44,800 nucleotides of DNA, taken from Chlamydiales bacterium (GTDB lineage Bacteria > Chlamydiota > Chlamydiia > Chlamydiales > Rhabdochlamydiaceae). Shown here piece after piece: positions 44,740 through 44,800 of this stretch. The notes below the pieces were generated by a model, which ran no database searches, was not told where the DNA came from, and saw only the letters and a list, made by a program, of their open reading frames with translations. Positions within the stretch are counted from its first letter, which is position 1. The number at the start of each line of letters is the position of its first letter. Location: the NCBI GenBank assembly GCA_031281085.1, contig JAITFW010000006.1, forward strand, positions 1 to 44,800, read 5' to 3'. The position numbers were made by a program, and so were the translations under genes.

Positions 44740-44800
44740 GATTAAATCTTAGACAAAAGCGTTTGCGGCGATTTCTATATCGTTCTGCTAGGATTTTAAA
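44686..44800 (-). mobile_element. Right end of a second ISL2/IS702-group IS5 copy (runs off the window)
   Basis: 113/115 identical to 32246-32360; encodes FKILAERYRNRRKRFCLRFNLIAGIYNWEL*. Confidence 0.93.

Noticed and set aside
32246-44800. Composite transposon or CRISPR-like repeat formed by the two 115-bp copies
   Set aside because: The enclosed genes are core syntenic chlamydial genes, the repeats encode a transposase C-terminus, and there are no spacers or cas genes.

Overview
AT-rich bacterial chromosomal segment of a Chlamydiota member outside the Chlamydiaceae. Rhabdochlamydia-like is an inference from gene content and abundant decayed IS elements. It has three blocks with typical chlamydial gene order: pgsA-(mscS)-sohB-polA-coaE-rho; the type II secretion operon (CT573-like, gspD, gspE, gspF, two pseudopilins); and ftsH-tilS / lptF-lptG. 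Other housekeeping genes are dedA, mutY, a GT4 glycosyltransferase, tal, an LpxT-like PAP2 enzyme and an M32 carboxypeptidase. Intergenic regions hold remnants of IS5 (several groups), IS3, IS481, IS630 and ISAs1 elements, often nested or internally deleted; none is intact. Most notable: (1) an orphan gene whose strong-RBS start is out of frame at a G11 tract (candidate phase-variation switch); (2) an orphan OppA tightly coupled to a 711-aa unknown cytoplasmic protein; (3) a membrane-anchored protein with four CX3C motifs; (4) an FlgN-like chaperone with no flagellar neighbours; (5) lpxT coupled to lptFG; (6) a frameshifted msrA; (7) an inverted repeat that would hide a ribosome-binding site only in read-through transcripts. 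No rRNA, tRNA or CRISPR array was seen. All family calls come from motif recognition by eye, not database searches.
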